Of a stretch of 64,000 nt of DNA, positions 13,169-25,540 are shown piece by piece. Under the pieces are notes generated by a model, which made no database searches, was not told the DNA's origin, and was given only the letters and a program-made list of their open reading frames with translations. The stretch covers positions 34,536,001 to 34,600,000 of the forward strand of contig CM119372.1 of assembly GCA_051294905.1 (NCBI GenBank), in the 5' to 3' direction. A program made the translations under genes and the position numbers. Source of the DNA: Botryllus schlosseri. Lineage: Eukaryota. Positions within the stretch are counted from its first letter, which is position 1, and the number at the start of each line of letters is the position of its first letter.

Positions 13169-14009
13169 AGCACATCTCATGTCCGGCTGTGGAGCACTTG
13201 CAGCTAGCGAATGCACATGGAGACACAATAGGATTGGTCACTACATTCATCTTGAATTATGCAAACATTTTAACATCACCACTTCGACAAAAAATTGGTA
13301 CGATTACAGCCTAGCACCAGTGACAGAAAACGAACAAGTAAAAATTCTGTGGGATGTACCAGTTATAACTGACCGCGAAATCAGGAGCATATCAGGACAT
13401 AATCGTCAAACTAAAAAAAAGAGAATGCTTATTCATTGAACTGGCTGTCCCAGCCGATCACAACGTATTGCAAAGAATCAGAAAAACACTCCAAATACGC
13501 AGAGCTCAAAATGGAATGTGAGAAAATGTGGCGATTCAAAATAAACATCGATAGTCATTGGCGCTACAGGGGTCGTAAGCAAAAAACTCATGAGACATAT
13601 CCAACAAATTCCGGCTAACGTTAGATTCGGCATGATCCAAAAGATCACATTATTGGGCACTGTGCACATTCTCCGGAAGGCCTTGAATCAACCACTGGAC
13701 TAAAATTACATTGTGAATCACAGCTTAATTTCTGTAATTTGGATTCTTCATCTTCAATCATCTCTACCTCCGCTCTGTAACCCTTGCCAATTCTTCATCT
13801 GCTGCAATTCTGTAATCTGACTTCCCCATGTATTGCATAGGAATAACGATCTGAATGTATTACTGAAATTTTAAAAATTTACTCCAATCTCGCCATTTCC
13901 CTTTGGGGCAGGTTGCTTTCCGGATTATGTGTGTATTTACCAGTTTTACTGTGAATAAAGGATATTATTAATAATAATAATAATATTGTATTACGAAATT
14001 AATTAATAA

Positions 14010-15464
14010 CACTGGTCAACAAAATTTAAAAAAAAATTTGGCAGAACATCTAAGAGCCGTTCCTGGGGTTTTCAAGGTTGCTGATGACGAATATCACATT
14101 GGTTTTGCCAGATTGGCTCTAGAAAAGAAGATATTTCTACCCTCAAAATAGCCTAAAATCACTGTATTTACCATTGAATATTTCACTTGGTAGGAAGCAA
14201 ATCTTAGATTTTACTACTTTTATACTGCGCATAAATTGACATTTGACTGTGATGAACCCTCATGTCGTTCTCAGTTATTCCATCAATATTAACATGACAT
14301 GACCTGATGTGAGAACTTGGTTTGGTAGAAAAGCAGTTTGTCGAGCCTAATAAAAGCTATACTTTTACACAATGGAAATATATTTAATTCTGTACCAATT
14401 GGTCATTTTACCAAGATGTAAAAGGAGTATAAAGCTATCAGGTTTGTCCCTGGAAAGCTTAACTAAAATACTGATATGCGTCTCATCTCTTTTCACATGC
14501 AAATGCATCATTTTCCGTAAAACCGACAAAGTTGGTGTAGCCTACCTAGTATCCATATCAAACGAGAAGCTCAAATCTGGAATCTTTGATGGATCTAAGA
14601 TTCGAATACGGACTAAGGATTACAATTTTATATTAAGAAAGGTGCTCGCTCCATGGCATCCCTTCTAGGATGTAGTTAGTAAATAAAACTTTTTGGAAGA
14701 TCACAAAGCACCCAACTACAAACAGTTGGTCCGGGAATTGGTATCTGCATATGGAAACCTTGGAGCAAATATGAGCATTAAATCTCATTTCATTTTCGGT
14801 CATCTTGATATATTTTCTGATGATATTGTTGATTAGAGGGAATAGAAATGGGAAAGGTTCCAACAATATATAAAAACAACAAAAGAAAGATATCAGTGCA
14901 GATGCAACGAACATATTATGGCAGACTATTGCTGGAACCTTTCTAAAAACTGCACTAAATTGCTTACAACCGAAAATAGTACAACAACCAATTTTGCTTT
15001 CAGATCAGATATTAATATTATATTCCAACTGATTATTTTGAATTTAAAATAGGTGGTTAACATAAAACTGATTCAATTAATGCAACGTTATTTGAGTATC
15101 TATTGGTACATAGTTATATACATGATTGAAGTTGATTTAAGTACACGATATCCACGAAAGTCTCCAATTATGATAAATTTGATACCCTGAAATATAATTC
15201 TGTTTGAGTATTTTGATTTAAAACAATCTTCAGTGCGTCAAAATAACAAGTAGATTGAATTTCTGAACTTTATAGTACAACTGAGCCGATTTTTATCGAG
15301 CCCATAGAGCAAACATATGAGATTTCAGTCAAAATAGCCCCATAGATTATCTCCAAAAGTAGAGACAATTTGAAAAAAAAACAAGGTCATATTCGGAATC
15401 AGTGACCTTCAAAACCCCCAAAGCACTCTTACTTTGTCTGCCGAAAAATATGAATTGACCAGTG
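14010..15464 (+). mobile_element. Decayed DNA transposon with transposase remnants (Tc1/mariner-related; motifs recalled as m44-like)
   Basis: TIR cactggtcaa...ttgaccagtg followed by TA. Remnants SNEKLKSGIFDGSKIR and GANMSIKSHFIFGHLDIFSD...ERFQQYIKTTKERYQ..IMADYCWNL, with stops and frameshifts. Confidence 0.7.
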
Positions 15465-17041
15465 TAATTGATGAATTACTTTAACTTAACCTAACTTCTG
15501 AACTGACGTATCACTGCTGTGGATGCCTGCCAAATGATCTGGATATATCGCACCTTGACGTACCCATCGTAAGAACAGGTGAATGACCCCAGAAGACTCG
15601 TCCACTCCGATCACACAGGAACACCGGAGAGGAGATATTTCTCAACATGGCGCCTGTGCAACACCGAACTGTGGCTCACAAAACAGCTCTGCTGCAAACG
15701 AAAAATAAGAAGAGACACAGATGGAGTAAAGAAGAGTATAAAGAAATAATGAGATGATACTCATTAGCCAAACTTGAAAACTCGGCAGGAGTAACCGAAG
15801 GAACTTTTCATAAATGGAAAGAGAGAACAAACAACTCTCCAACCATGACTGCCAATACCCTGGCAACTATGAGACGTTGTGTAATCAAAAAATTATCAGA
15901 ACAAGAACTCGCAGAAATTGAGAGCGAAATTTGTAACGAAAACATAGAAAATTCTGAGGCACTAGAAAATCAATTCGGCCAAGATGACCTGAATCCGCAA
16001 CTACCACTTGACTACCCAAACCTCAAATAACTAGAATTACAAAACACCACCGGGCACTCGAATGAACCAACAACACCTAACGATGATGATATGGACACGG
16101 AATTAGAATTGAAGATTTAAAATCAAATCATCGACCGAATGAACTTCACATTGGATATAAATGACAGAGTGAATTTACCTGACCTACAAATTACAAAGAA
16201 ACTGAAAATTGGTATTGCAGCAGCTCACAAAATTTTGACAGAAAACATACTACCTGCAATTTTAAATGAAAAACAAGGAAAAAGGCCACAATGTACCTTA
16301 ACAACAATCAACAACCTAATTTACAGCACTGCAGCAGTTATCTCAAAAAGGCATTGCAAAATACCAAGACCTGTCAACAAAAAAGGGGAAGCCATACGCC
16401 ATCGTAGAATTGAAAACAAAATCGCAAAACTAAGGTGTGATGTTGCGATACTCTCAGAACTCGAAAAAGGAAATGTTTCCCGCAAAGTAAAAAAATAAGG
16501 TAAAAAGAATAGAACTGGAGCCCCAAACCAAATTGCAGTCAACAGAATGTGTGACGATGTTGCAAGAAGAATTAAAAATGAGAATATGCGCCAAAGCACA
16601 ACGATTGAAATGATATAAAAGGCGAGAAGCAAAATACTGCCAAAACTTGTTATTTGCTCGCAAACCAGGCGAATTTTTCGGAATGATGAAACAGAAGTCA
16701 AACCACAAAATTACCAGCAGCACAATGCCAGTCACTGCAGATGTGGAATCATTTTGGAAGAAAATCAGAGAAATCAAAAAGTTGCACAACTCAAATGCAA
16801 ATTGCATAAGTTGCACACTGACCACCTACAAACACCAGAACAACAATGGTCAGAAATCACAAAACTAGAAATCAAGAAGGCTCTAAAAAGTTCACTGAAC
16901 TGGAAAGCAGCTGGTCCTGACCAGATCAAAAACTTTTGGCGAAAGAAACTAACTACAACACATAAAATACCTAGCGGCAACCTACAATGAGCTATTGTTC
17001 TCAACCAACTCGCACGAGATCCCAGCCTGGTTCACATAAGG

Positions 17042-18797
17042 CAGGGGTTCTCAACTTCGCATGTACAACGGGCCGCATTTTGCCCGCAAAAGACGCAGCG
17101 GGCCGCAAAACATTATTACCATTCATTTGTGAGCTTCTATCAAATTTAGGCTACTGGAGCCTATTTATTAGTCGTATACGGGCGTCTAGTCCATTTTTAT
17201 GCATTTCAAAGCATTAATGGTCACTTGGACAGCGTTCGTAAGTTTTCAATCGCTGTTTTTGTGAGAATATGTATCTTCCGGCGTCGCAAGTAAATCACTT
17301 CATGGAGCGCGCATTGCATTCATTTCCAAGTCGGTATATGTACCTTATTATTATTATTACACGCGGTATTACTGTGACGCTTATCGCCGTTTAGGCCTTG
17401 TGCGTCACAACACAGGCACTCTTTTGTTTCAACAGAGGCCATTATCACTTTGAGCTCTCAGTGAAATGAGAAGAAGTCTGGCGTTTCAGGGTCATTTCAG
17501 AGCAAACCAATCAACCCATGTCCGTTCCTTCCATGGCTGGAGCCCTCGACCAATAGTTACATAAGTCAACTTTGTCAAGTTGATGTTTTTCGCTGGCCAC
17601 CTCCCCACGTTTGCCATGCCAGCATTCCTTTTGCAAATATGTCCACTATGATAAAATGCACCAAGAAAATTAGCTATGCAATGTCTGTGAAGTCAGTGGA
17701 TTCGTCCAATGCTAGGCTAAAGTAGTATACGCGGCAACGTGTTTCAAAACATGCGATAAAATGTCGACGGGCTACTCTTCTGGTCACGGTTGAATCGGAC
17801 AACTTTAGTTTCAAAATTTGTCGGGTAATGTTGTCCTTGCTGCTAAGCAGTGTTCCCTCTAATTTTGACGAGTCTACGCACATTCACCAACTTACTGCGC
17901 AGACCCTTGGACAACCGTGCGTAAAGACTATAAAAAAGGTCATCATTTCGGATTTTTGTGCGCAACTTAGATTTTCTGTGCGCACAGATCGTGTCAGCAC
18001 TGCGCATTTGCGCACGTGCCCAGCTTGGAGGAAACATTGCTGCTAAGTCCCGGAAACAGCGAATATTCGCACAGTATGTTAAAGTATTAGTTAAGTCACA
18101 CCTTCTCTAGCAGATTTCTTGGGTTTAGCGATATTCCAAAGCGTCTGCAACGTCGTCGGCAATTTTAATAATACCTCGAACTACGGATTACGGGGGCTTG
18201 ACGCCTCGGTGGTAAAGTTTTTCCTAAGATCAGGTGATATGTAACCTAGAATAAACTTAAGTGGTATCGTTTCGGTATCGGTATCGCTTCTAAGCGTCGT
18301 TACGACAACTGTTCTTCGACAAATATGACAAATATAGGTTTTCCATTTATATATGAGAAAGCAAATTCATCAAATTCAAGCTGTGCGCGTGCACGGCCGC
18401 ACACTGCTGACAAAGTCGCCACGCACAGATAATCTGTGCCGCGCACAAAAAAGCCGAAGTGATGACCTTTCTTTCAGTCGTTACGCACTGTTGTCAAAGG
18501 GAGCGCGCGGTGAGTTGGTGAGTGCACGCAGACTAGTGAAAAATTAAAGGCTCATACCAATACTGATTCAGAACAATAACAATCTAAACTCGAGAACATA
18601 TCAAGAGACCAGAACACGTCAAAGAATGGGTATTCAAACGAAACAGCGACGGTGCGACAAGAGAGCTAAGTAGCTAAATTAACATGCAACAATGCTGGGC
18701 CAGTAGTAATTGCGTTCGTAATGAAATAGGTCGCGGGCCGCAAAATAGACCTCTGCGGGCCGCATGCGGCCCGCGGGCCGCGGGTTGAGAACCCCTG
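17042..18797 (-). mobile_element. hAT Buster/Charlie-type deletion derivative, family E, with transposase remnant
   Basis: TIR caggggttctcaac...gttgagaacccctg; perfect TSD acataagg; minus-strand KLSDSTVTRRV..FSLALDESTDFTDIA; sister at 60948-62518. Confidence 0.9.
17848..18039. mobile_element. Small hAT MITE (CAGTGTTCCCTCTAA end, TGCGCA repeats)
   Basis: Perfect TSD ctgctaag; the empty site is visible in the sister element near 61730; sister MITE at 33755-33947 and a fragment at ~18380-18550. Confidence 0.9.
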
Positions 18798-18817
18798 ACA
18801 TAAGGTATCACCTATCT

Positions 18818-18870
18818 CAGGGGTGGGCAAACTACGGCCCGCGGGCCGCATGCGGCCCGCGAGAGTCTTA
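18818..18870. mobile_element. Left end of a Charlie-type MITE; partner end not found
   Basis: caggggtgggcaaactacggcccgcgggccgcatgcggcccgcg directly after the R4 GITYL codons. Confidence 0.65.
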
Positions 18871-18974
18871 TGAAACTTATTGAAAATACTGATAAAATGC
18901 GTACTAAATGTCGAATTATTGCAGAGACTTGATTAAATCTTTTCTTCGTATATATCACCATGATAATTCTAACG

Positions 18975-19287
18975 CAGTGTTTCTCAAACTGGGGGGTGCG
19001 CCCCACTTGGGGACGTGAAAGCATCTGAAGGGGGGCTTAGAGCTAAACTCAACTAAAAAAATATTGCGCGCTCCGCGTGTTAACTTCCATTTCATAATGA
19101 TTGCTCTGTATTCAGTCTGAATTTCATATTTAAAAATCTCTCATCTACAGTCGTAACCTTCCATGTCATCAAACTATCCGTTAGGTTTGCTAGCTTCTTG
19201 GTTGCGTTTTGTGATATGACGATAAGGGGGCGCGAAATCATTCAACATCATAGGAGGGGAGTGTCTTGAAAAGTCTAAGAACCACTG
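18975..19287. mobile_element. hAT MITE, family F
   Basis: cagtgtttctcaaact...aagaaccactg; degenerate TSD ttctaacg/ttccaagg; sister at 61129-61447. Confidence 0.8.
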
Positions 19288-19694
19288 TTCCAAGGTAAAT
19301 ATTTCCCATAATATTTCTTTATGTTAAATTTCTGGCGCGACTGCCCGATCTCAAGGCCCATGAAGTTAGAAAGGTTTCAACCTAAAATCGGAAACCATTT
19401 TGACATAATTCGTAGCACGAGTATGATTTCAGATTGGCCAAACTGAACCGAGAGTGAAATCAGTGAATCTGTGAACAGTTCGCTACTGACAGATTTAAAT
19501 TTCAATACTATTCTAAGAATCGGGACAACCGACTTTCATCTCCATAGTTTTTACAAATTGATTATTGAGGTCGACCAGCCTATGTAATCTCGCCACTGTT
19601 TGTGACGCGTGTACGATATCATCAAAGCAATGTTGGGTTTGTTTTAAATAAGCATATATATCATCTCCATGTCCTCACTATAATCAAATACCTA

Positions 19695-20633
19695 GGGTAG
19701 AGTGGGGTAAGACGCACCGGCGAGGTAAAACGCCTACCATCAATATATTAGAACAAAGCTAGCTTAGAATGCGTCACAGTATTGCAAATATCGCCTAATG
19801 GTCAGACGAAACTGCCACTTTGATTTCCACGCCCTTATGAAGATTTGTAACGTTTTATGAGAATTTATGACTTTAACACATATTCTTACCAAAAGAGAGC
19901 CTTTTACAATCAAGTGAAATGTCATATTTAACGGATGCTGCAGATAGTTTTCCGGTCTTATTTATGATTTACCAGCGCGTAGTTGGATTTAAGCCACAGT
20001 CCAGAGGCGAATTCACATAATAACCGCCTGGTAGCTAGTCGGCAAACAATGGCTACCTCGAGGCTAAAACGCCTACCCCTACCGTGGGGTAAAACGCCCC
20101 ACCCCTTAAAGTCCAGTAAATATGGGTTCCTCAAGAATGCCTTCTCGGAGAACGCCATTTCTATTGAAATTGCTATTCGGCTGGCGAATATTGGCTATCC
20201 CTCTGACTAAACAAGATACATTTCAAGAAATTCCGACTTTGTTTTTTGACTTATTATAATCAGTTAGATTTCTGGATGGAATTTGTTTTCAAAAGAATAG
20301 ATGCGCCATGAAGAGGCGGAGAAGCTTATATAGGTATGTATATGGATTAAATATTCATCGGTTACTGAGTGCCATGAGGTATTTAGTAGGGTATAACGGG
20401 GTGAAACGCAAATGGAGGCGTTTTACCCCACCCATGTAGCAGAACGTCAAATTGATGGACATGAATGAATGATAATTTTACATATGATAATTGATACTTG
20501 GACTTTCCAGACGATTATTGTACAGTGGGGACGATATCTCGCGTGCAAATTCCGAAATTCAATTCGTTTTGACTAGTTTGGTGGATATTATGACGTTTCC
20601 CGCTTAGGGTAGGCGCGTTGCCCCACTCTACCC
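19695..20633. mobile_element. Non-autonomous TA-flanked element (Tc1/mariner-pogo type)
   Basis: TA|gggtagagtgggg...ccccactctaccc|TA; internal GGTAAAACGCC repeats. Confidence 0.8.
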
Positions 20634-20984
20634 TATATTACGTTTTGGCAGGGTTGTATAGCGTGCTCCAGTTGTGGACGCGCGTTCTTCCAGGTCCGCG
20701 GCTCGGTAAGACAAAGTAGACACGTCAACATTACTTTTTTATTAAAACAACGAACACATGACTATGCTCGTCCGACTGAAACTAAAAGGCGACTGCTCCT
20801 CGGACGGTGACTAAATGCGATTCCTCATTGGAGTGCAACACAACAACAGACAGGCTACCATCCGAATCAGAGAGGGAAATACTAATCAATTGGGGCAATA
20901 GAGTAATCAATGAGTGGTACGCTACAGTTGCAACCAAGTCAGAAGGCTCCCAGTCACAAGTCAATCTCACTTTTATAGTGTCAT

Positions 20985-21332
20985 AGAGTCAAGTCCGAGT
21001 TCAAGTCAGCGAGCAGAAGATCGAATCGTGGTCATGGCATTATGACTCGAGTCCGAGTCCAAGTCATTGTTTGACTGCTGAGTTTCCAGTTAAAGTCTTG
21101 TTAAATCCACTTTTCATTATTCTGTTTGGGGATATCAAACGGTTCGTATTTATAATATACTAATTATCCTCACTTTTAGCAGTTTTTGGTAGCATTTTCA
21201 AGTACCATTACCAATAGATAATAGACGAAATCCCAATTGTGGGGTTACTTTACTATTCTTCGAAATTACAATGAAATGTCGTATGAATCGCGACTCGCGA
21301 GTCATATAACTTGGCTCGAGTCATACGCCCTG
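20985..21332. mobile_element. GACTCGAGTC-rich MITE end fragment (related to 30440-32611)
   Basis: Repeated gagtc/gactc motifs ending in tacgccctg; no matching TSD found. Confidence 0.55.
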
Positions 21333-21658
21333 ACTACTAACCTACGCTCTGCAGAAAAAACTGTTGCCAAACCCACAACAATAGCAAAAGCAGCACGAGT
21401 TCAATACAAAAATGCAGCACTCAAAATGAGAGAAACGATATTGGAGTCGATGCATCATCATGGACAGCACAATAAGTTGACTTCACAGCCCCATGTAGAC
21501 GAGCTTTCATGGACCTGGCTTTCTAGCTCTGGCCTGAAACCGGCAAGCGAAGGATTCATTTTCGCAGCACAAGACGAATCGCTTCCTACAAAATACTATC
21601 GCAAAAGAATTTTGAAGCAAAACACGGATGGCAAATGCAGAATGTGTCACAACCAAAA

Positions 21659-24236
21659 TAGTCCTGTAAAGTTTTTGGTCAACCTAGAAAAAATTCTTAT
21701 AAAGACGCATTATATACCGTTGGAAGGATAATTTTATCAGCTTTTCGATGATGGGTTTTGTCATTTTTTTTACCTTGAGGAAAAAAATTTATGACAAAAA
21801 ACGTACATGGGGTAAAATACTATTTTGCCTAACATTATAATACAATTATAAGCTAAAATACGATACCTTCGTAACAGAATACAACACCATGAATTGGAAT
21901 ATTATTATAAGCAAACTAACAATCGGACAGCATAAAAATGAAACATAACTTTATTAAGGGGTATTTATACGTTTGAGGGGGAAAAAGTTGACCGAGACCG
22001 AGAAAGGAAATTTTGCGTCAAAAATTTTAATGATTGATTTAGGCCAATTTATGGTTGCTGAATCTGATTCTGTGCTGATGATTTCTCTATCATGTCGGAT
22101 GTTTTCCGTATTAATTTTTCTTATTTTCATACATTAATCAAATTTCAGCTTTCGTTAGTGACATCATGGTTAGCATACAACAGTAACAGATCAAATATTG
22201 TTATTGAAATAATCGATCATGAAACCTGGGTTGTTGCAATATAGAATGAGTGAGTTTTTGGTGATCTTGAATACAGTGATTTTCTATCTTCATTCAATCA
22301 GAAGCTCTTTTCGAAAATACAAAAAAAAAACACCAAATACCATACTGGAACAGAGGTAGAAATGAGCATTGGTCACTTTCAAGTGATGTTTTTGAATGGT
22401 ATCGGGGCTTTTTGTTTGAGTTATGCAACATTAAACGGCAGTTGCAAACACAAAAAGCTTTACATTTTTGACGGTTCCTGATTTGCCGCAATATTTTACG
22501 ATGAACAAGAGTTTGTAAAATTGATCGGCGTTGCTACTGAAGTAGCACAAGTAACTCCATATATTTTCTACTCAATTAACCGTATAAGTAGTAATTTCTA
22601 AGACACGTGAAAACTACTTCAAGTGGCTGAAATATCTAAGTGTATCTGGTCGGGAGAAAAGGGTGGTCGCATACTTTCGACAGTTAGTCGGAGGTGGCTA
22701 AATACGAAATCGCAAGATGTATCTTCTCGGCTAACGCAAAATATTTATAATGACACAATACCCATTGGTAGAATATTCGAAAATGTATTCAGTTACCGTG
22801 CGCTAGGAGCTGTGTCACGCAGATCTCATTAATGATCATGTAACTATCGAATGTAACTCAGTAATTCTTAACTTTGTCTCCAGCGTCCCAAGGGGGGATT
22901 TGTATTCATAAGGGGGTGGAAACGCTCAGGGGCGATATCGGGGCGCTGAGGGAAAATGGCATCGCAGTAGATGGTGAAGTAGTAGGACATCATTAATACA
23001 TTAATGAGTTTTCAGTGCATATCGACAAATCTCCAAATTTTTGGTTGCGCTCCGCGACGATGTTTAGACTACTACATTTATGAAATCATATTTAGCCAAC
23101 ATCGTCGCGGAGCGGAGATTCGTTTGCAATACATTCGTGTTAAAATTAATAACTGGGTGCAGTACCAAATTCAATGTCAGCAGATATCTCCATGACATTT
23201 CCAGTTGATTTGCTAGTCACACAAAGCAGTAGAACAAAGCCCAATACAATTAATTTCCCCGTATTCCCTATCACAGATGGGAATTCGGATTGCGTACATC
23301 TGGCTCGAAGCACATGGTATGAACCCTTCCCCGACTGCTGTTATAACAACCTTGATTTGACCCCGAATATACCACATGCAATTGTTATATATATGCGATT
23401 GAAGCTCAAAATATTTCCAATAGTAAAGTCTCAAGCAGAAAACAGCGACCGGACCGGATGTTTGGAACCCTCAAAATAGTCGGTTCAACAGTTATAGTAT
23501 AGATATTTCGTCATGGGAGCTATATTTAGCCTATATTTTACATTGTCAATCCCTTATGACGTCATAATTAAATATTCGTGACGTTATGACCTGAAAAAAA
23601 CACGATTTAAATTAGGGACTTGTTTCAAACATGTTTGTTCTTATTTGTTTTTTGTTTTAAATGCAACCCTAGTCCAAAGGGTTAGTGGTACTATCACTCT
23701 CACAGAAGCTCCAACATGACACGGTGAATCACCAGTCCTATCGCCTTTTCTGCACTTAACAACAATTGCTGTTTCTTTTTGACTAAACATTATCTAAAAA
23801 ACAGGCAAGGTAAATGACACTGACCAATCTGACCATGTTAAGTAAACAATAACAGAATGAAGTTACAAGGAACAACGACAGCTCTACTGGCGCCCCTCGC
23901 CCCTCCCCCCTCCCCATCGCCCATCTTGCTCACTCTTACACCCCGAAACAGATATCTAATTGTATTTTATTTTCATCTATACCTCTATTTCCTGCTTTTA
24001 TGTTGATGATTAATTAGTTACTAGCCTTCTGTTAATATTTTTATATTATTTTTCCCTAATTTCAATTTTTACCCCTTGGCACGTTTTTTGTCGGAAATTT
24101 TTTTCCCCAAAGTAAAAAAAGTGACAAAACCTATCATTGAAAAGCTGGTAAAATTATCTTTCTAACAGTATATAATACGTCTTTATAAGAATTTTTTCTA
24201 GGTTGAGCCATTTTTAGACCAAATTCTACAGGACTA
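21659..24236. mobile_element. Non-autonomous TIR element with TAG...CTA ends and 3-bp TSD (Academ-like)
   Basis: ~130-bp imperfect TIRs (tagtcctgta...tacaggacta); removing it with a TSD of aaa restores R4 HNQNETV. Confidence 0.75.
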
Positions 24237-24395
24237 AAATGAAACTGTATGCTATAGCGGTGGTTCTCTACCTTTTTCACTTCGCGGACCGGTAAAATTT
24301 CAAGAGATACTTGGCGGACCGGTGGATCTTAAAAAGTTGAAATTTAGCCCAAATGCAATGGATGCAGCTATTTTTCTGAAAGTGTCGTACTAGAG

Positions 24396-25510
24396 CAGGG
24401 ATGCCAACCGTTTTTCTATTCACGGCCGCAATTCGATAACTTATATGGCCTACGGCCGCATTCCAGGACACTAGTAATGATGAACTAACCGGACGTGAAA
24501 TACCCATGTTAAACAGTCCAGTCCATGTCTAATTATTTATATCGTCTTACTATACGCACTGAAATCGCTACATAGTGGTCATGTTATGAATAAATACCTA
24601 CTGGAATCGGACATGGTCGCGCGAAACGCGAAAATTTTTTCGGATTCACGAATGAATTTCGTCAATAATATTCGTATCGTTTCACATATTACTATCAAAT
24701 AGTTATCCTTTCTCAGATAATAGGGTCAGATTCATCCGTAGAGTTGATATAGAGAGTGTTTTCGAAAATTTAGGGCCAGTTATAAATTATGATGCATCTT
24801 CGTGTTGGTATTTCTTGACCTCCCATCAGGATGGTCAATTTGATGCAGTGGTTCTCAAACTTTTGTGGACACGTCTCCCTTTGTGGTAGGGAAAAATTCC
24901 ACGCCCCCTGATCATCATATCCCAAAATACAACCAGGATGCTGGTAATTCCAACGGATAGTATGATGGTGGGAAGGCTATGCCTGTTGATGAGAGAATTT
25001 TGAAATGTAAAATTCGAACTAAACGCAAAGCAATAACCATGGAAAGAAGGTCAATCGAGCGGAGCGCGAAAAACTTATTCAGTTGACCGCACTTTCGCGT
25101 CATGCTTCGGATGCTTCCGCACCCCCTAGTTTAAGAACAACTGGTATAGTGGAAAGATATTGGAGTCTCTCAAGCGTACTAGAAACAAATTTCTTTCGTG
25201 AGGAGAGCTCGATTTCAAGTTTGTATTTCTATGTGGGGTGCATCATTTTCCTCCGCTCTTCGCGTATGTACTGTGGGGCACATATTGCTAACGGCGCTAC
25301 GACTATATTAAAATCGAAAAATGAAGTCGTCTTGAATCGCGCCGAGCGCGAAGAAAATTTCAAGATTAATTAAAATATCTCAAAAATTTGGGAGTCAATT
25401 CCTAAATTCGACTGTCATGTCGACGCCGCCGACACATACTAATTGAATTACGTGTCCACTGTCCACGGCCACACAAATTTCCTTCTAGGGACGCAAGTTG
25501 GCCACCCCTG
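24396..25510. mobile_element. Family B MITE nested in 24258-26153, itself containing MITE 24846-25143
   Basis: TSD tactagag/taccagag; colinear with 4855-7737. Confidence 0.85.
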
Positions 25511-25514
25511 TACC

Positions 25515-25540
25515 AGAGAGAGAGAGAGAGAGAGAGAGAG
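25515..25540. repeat. (AG)n microsatellite
   Basis: Direct; appears to have expanded from the TSD ...agag. Confidence 0.9.

Larger units (their letters stand above)
11161..13985 (+). mobile_element. 5'-truncated R4/Dong-type RLE non-LTR retrotransposon, copy 1 (pseudogenised)
   Basis: RLKSILKTELN.KNKINAIN..VPIL...NW..LDTKTRKLM/TMHHMHHPKSDTQRLY; SEGFIFAAQDQSLPT; CCHC knuckle CKMC..AHLMSGC; RHNRI; ILWD..TDR; IELAVP; 3' UTR, AATAAA and (TAA)n tail. Interrupted by 11335-12342 and 12934-13168. Confidence 0.88.
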
